A DNA stretch of 64,000 nucleotides from Squalus acanthias (taxonomy: Eukaryota). A program made the position numbers and the translations under genes. The stretch lies in contig CM059432.1 in the NCBI GenBank assembly GCA_030390025.1, positions 27,406,001 through 27,470,000 on the forward strand, in the 5' to 3' direction. The notes below the pieces were generated by a model. That model had not been told where the DNA came from. It was given only the letters and a program-made list of their open reading frames with translations, and did not search any database. Position 1 is the first letter of the stretch, and each line of letters opens with the position of its first letter. Positions 60,945-64,000 of this stretch are shown piece after piece.

Positions 60945-60962
60945 TGGAGGTCCCACCGAGAT
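60945..60962 (+). promoter_or_regulatory. Duplicate tRNA-Gln PBS
   Basis: TGGAGGTCCCACCGAGAT. Confidence 0.9.
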
Positions 60963-61685
60963 CGCTTGCTACCTTTCGGTAAGTCACGGACAAAAGACAC
61001 CATGAATTTCTAGTGACAAATCCTGAATGGCCACAGTGATGTTTTATCACATAAAAAGGATTTCTCATTAGATACTGAATTGGTGTAGTCTGTTTCTTCC
61101 GACAGGAGTACTGCGATTGTTAAGACTCGTGTTTTAGATTTGAGTTGAATCTTGTAACTTTTGCTTCTTTTTTAACATTAAAAAAAAAGGGAGGAGGATC
61201 ATGACAGCTCAAGTTTCAAAACTATCGGGCAAAGGAGGCAAGGGAAAAGTCGACAGGGTTGTATCCCGGACTGATAAAGGTACCAGGTTATGAGAAAGCG
61301 CTAAAAGATTAAAACTGCAGTATCAAGGGTGGGTCCCTTAAGCCGTGAAAAGAAAAAAAAGAAACTTGCGGCAGAAAGGTTTAGATAAGAAACCTTCGTA
61401 TAGAGTATAAGTTAACTGTTAAGGACTCAGTTTGTAGTGGAGAACAACGCAAAACTGAGAATTGACTATTTGTTTAGTTTAAAGTATAAGGTTAAATGTT
61501 TGATTAATTGATTTGTTTGCCTGTTTGGGCTTTTGCATTACTTATAATTGTCTTGATTGTTGTTAGTTCTTGTTATTGTTCATCGCTTGTAGAACTTTGG
61601 ATGGTCAAATATAATCGTAAGGGGGTAAAGGGTGAAACTTGCGATTTAGAATAAGAGTGCCTAGTATAATTAAAACTTTACTAAG

Positions 61686-62462
61686 ATGGGAGCTTCACAG
61701 AGTAAGATCCCAGAAAAAGGAACTCCAGCTTTTTACATCTTCCAGAACTGTGGTCAGACATCCACAAGGGATTTGTCTGATTGGTCTAAATGGACCAAGA
61801 ATGACAAACACCCGTTCCCTATTGATGGAACCTTTAACCTAGACAGAATTACATGTCTAGAGGACCGTCTCGCAAATAGAGACCCACAAAGAAAAGGTAA
61901 AAAGTCAGTAAATTGGTCAGCCTTTTCAGACTGGAAAAAGGAAGCAGAAAGGCATAAGGACTGTAGTATACAAGCCAGTAGATCTGACATTAAAAATAAG
62001 AGAAAAGACCCCGTGAGTAAATTGGCTAAACAAGATGAAGTTAGACAAATGACTTTAAGAATAGAAGCAATTATGGGGCAGCATTCTGGAATGACCAAAG
62101 AAAATTACCAGATTCCTTTAATTAAAGAACCATTGCCTTTAGTCTGCCTAGATTGGAGACATAAAACAACTCCTGAATTGACACAAATTCTGAAAGGAAT
62201 TCAGGAGAGAAATAGGGACCAAAAGAATAAAGTTTCCCTCTTAATGAAGCAAGCAGCTTCCGCAACACCGGCGGCCCAGAATACTATTTATTCAATACAA
62301 GCAGACAATTTCTCTGGCCAACATGCCTTTCTCCTATCAGACAATGCCCCTATGAACCTTTTAGGGAGAGATTTGCTATGCAAAATGCAAGCAACAATAA
62401 TTTGTTCAGAAAAGGGACTACAGGTGTATGTAGAAGGAAAAGATCTAATTTACCGACATTGA
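61686..62462 (+). CDS. Duplicate ERV gag-protease ORF, 258 aa
   Basis: Differs from 50488-51264 by two amino acids (DCL>DRL, EAT>EAI). Confidence 0.8.
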   Translation: MGASQSKIPEKGTPAFYIFQNCGQTSTRDLSDWSKWTKNDKHPFPIDGTFNLDRITCLEDRLANRDPQRKGKKSVNWSAFSDWKKEAERHKDCSIQASRSDIKNKRKDPVSKLAKQDEVRQMTLRIEAIMGQHSGMTKENYQIPLIKEPLPLVCLDWRHKTTPELTQILKGIQERNRDQKNKVSLLMKQAASATPAAQNTIYSIQADNFSGQHAFLLSDNAPMNLLGRDLLCKMQATIICSEKGLQVYVEGKDLIYRH

Positions 62463-62964
62463 AATCTGAAACTCAGCAAAAAAGAAGGGATTTGGAAAGC
62501 CAGGAAAATCTGCTGAGACGCTTATGTAAAAAAAAAAGAGAGAAATTTAAAGTTTTATCGACATGGAAGTTATTAATGTCTGTGCCAAGACAAATAAAAT
62601 CCAGGATTTGCTGAGTGAAAGGAATCTTAAAAGGAATACTGAGATCTCAGTTTGTGTGAAAGTGAGTGAAAATGTGCAAGTTTCCCTGACTGTGAATGTT
62701 TAAGTCTGTTAAGTTTGTAGAATTCGCAATATAATCGCGATTTTATAAATAAGGAGAAAACACATAGTTTCGTTCAAACAGCTTTATTTCAGCAGAATGC
62801 TGTCAGGTTTTCAAAGTGGACACAAGCAGCCTGTAAAATGGCCGCCATGCCTCGTGGCAGAACATTCTAGACTTTTCAATAAGCAGACAAGATGGCGTTC
62901 CAATAAACATTTGTGCGAGATCGGACAAGACTCAGCACATTTGAGATAAATCACAAGACATAAT

Positions 62965-63725
62965 GGGGGAAAAATTCAGCTGCTTGCGCCTCCCGTTAGC
63001 GCCTTAAGAGGGCGCTAATGGGGCGTAAAGCAGCTAACGCCCGGGCGCAGCGCCGCCCACGCCTCCCGAAAAATTTAGTGGGAGGTTAGCGGCGGCGGCA
63101 GCCGGTAGCGCCCTGTGGCGCTGCGCCGCCGGCGATGACGTCATCGCCGTGCGCAGCACCCCGCTCGCGCCCCGGCCGTGATCTTCAGTCACGCCCCCTG
63201 ATTTACCGCCAGACGCTATGTCCGACGGGTTCAGGGAGGCGTACGTGCGGCCGGGGCGGCGATATTTAAAGCGGAGGTGGCAGGCGGCCATTTTTGTTGC
63301 TGGCCGCCTGCCAGCACCTGCCCCCGGCCCCCGTGAAGCCCCCCCACCGTGAAGTGCCGGCTGCGCTCCAAGAGCCCGGCACTTCTCTTGAGTGCCGGGC
63401 TCTTTTGCCGGCACTCCCGATCCCTGGGGGCCCAGCTGGGCCCCGGTTCGCGCTGCGCAGGGTCCCTCCCCTTTAAGAAGGGGAGGAAGGCCTGCAATAC
63501 CGCGGCGCGACGTGCCGCAGCGCGTGGCGCTGCAGCACGTAGCGCCAGGATATTCACTCGCAGCGCCCCAAGAGGGATGCGGGCTGCTTCCAGTTGCGCC
63601 CCGCTTCCCTCTTGGGGCGCAACCACTGAAGTTCCGGCGCGGGGCCGCTAATTTTTTCGGGGCGCTAAAAGTCGCGCCCCGGCGAGGTTAGCGCCCCAAA
63701 TGGGGCGCGACTCAATTTTTACCCC
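62965..63725. mobile_element. Duplicate of MITE C (51767-52527)
   Basis: Same TIRs and AAT TSD. Confidence 0.88.
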
Positions 63726-64000
63726 AATGGGTTTGCATTTTACACATAAATACTGGAATCGGTCTCCCAGGTGCGAATAAGGGCTATTGTACCAAGCGAT
63801 CAAGAACCCATCCAAAGACATTAATATGCAAAATCCCCACGACTCTACGATGAGAGAGCCGTTTGCGGGTAGTTACAGAAAACATTTGGAAGCCCCAAAA
63901 GCCCTCCAGGGAGAATACTGACCGGTTACACAATGGGAGAAGTATTAACGGGTACTCAGGCAGTTACAAGTATCACCGAAACCCATTAAAACGGAGATCA

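Larger units (their letters stand above)
53719..64000 (+). repeat. Tandem segmental duplication, unit 2 (runs off the window)
   Basis: Restarts at ccaaccccgctccc (equivalent to 42143), lacking the left TIR of MITE B. Confidence 0.97.

Overview
Eukaryotic, repeat-dense vertebrate DNA, most likely a shark/elasmobranch (inferred from HER1-type CR1 LINEs, an HE1/V-SINE and Penelope fragments). The only clear host gene is the last two coding exons of an ST3GAL1-like alpha-2,3-sialyltransferase (+; 17528-17647, 20963-21136). The upstream intron holds a decayed, near full-length CR1 LINE (-) whose 5' end runs into an ~8.9-kb, CpG-rich 30-bp minisatellite. LINE plus array together split a small palindromic MITE, so the array lies inside the LINE insertion. 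Nested in that LINE is a 208-bp near-perfect palindrome carrying two Penelope-type minimal hammerhead ribozyme motifs. The rest of the window contains more CR1/L2/Penelope fragments, a near-intact Tigger/pogo transposon and its deletion-derived MITE, many Harbinger-like MITEs with A-N-T/AAA target duplications, a Harbinger transposase relic and a spliced Myb/SANT gene fragment. From 42143 on, an ~11.2-11.6-kb tandem duplication carries an internally deleted ERV (LTR, tRNA-Gln PBS, 258-aa gag-protease ORF). Family names come from motif recognition only; no database search was run.
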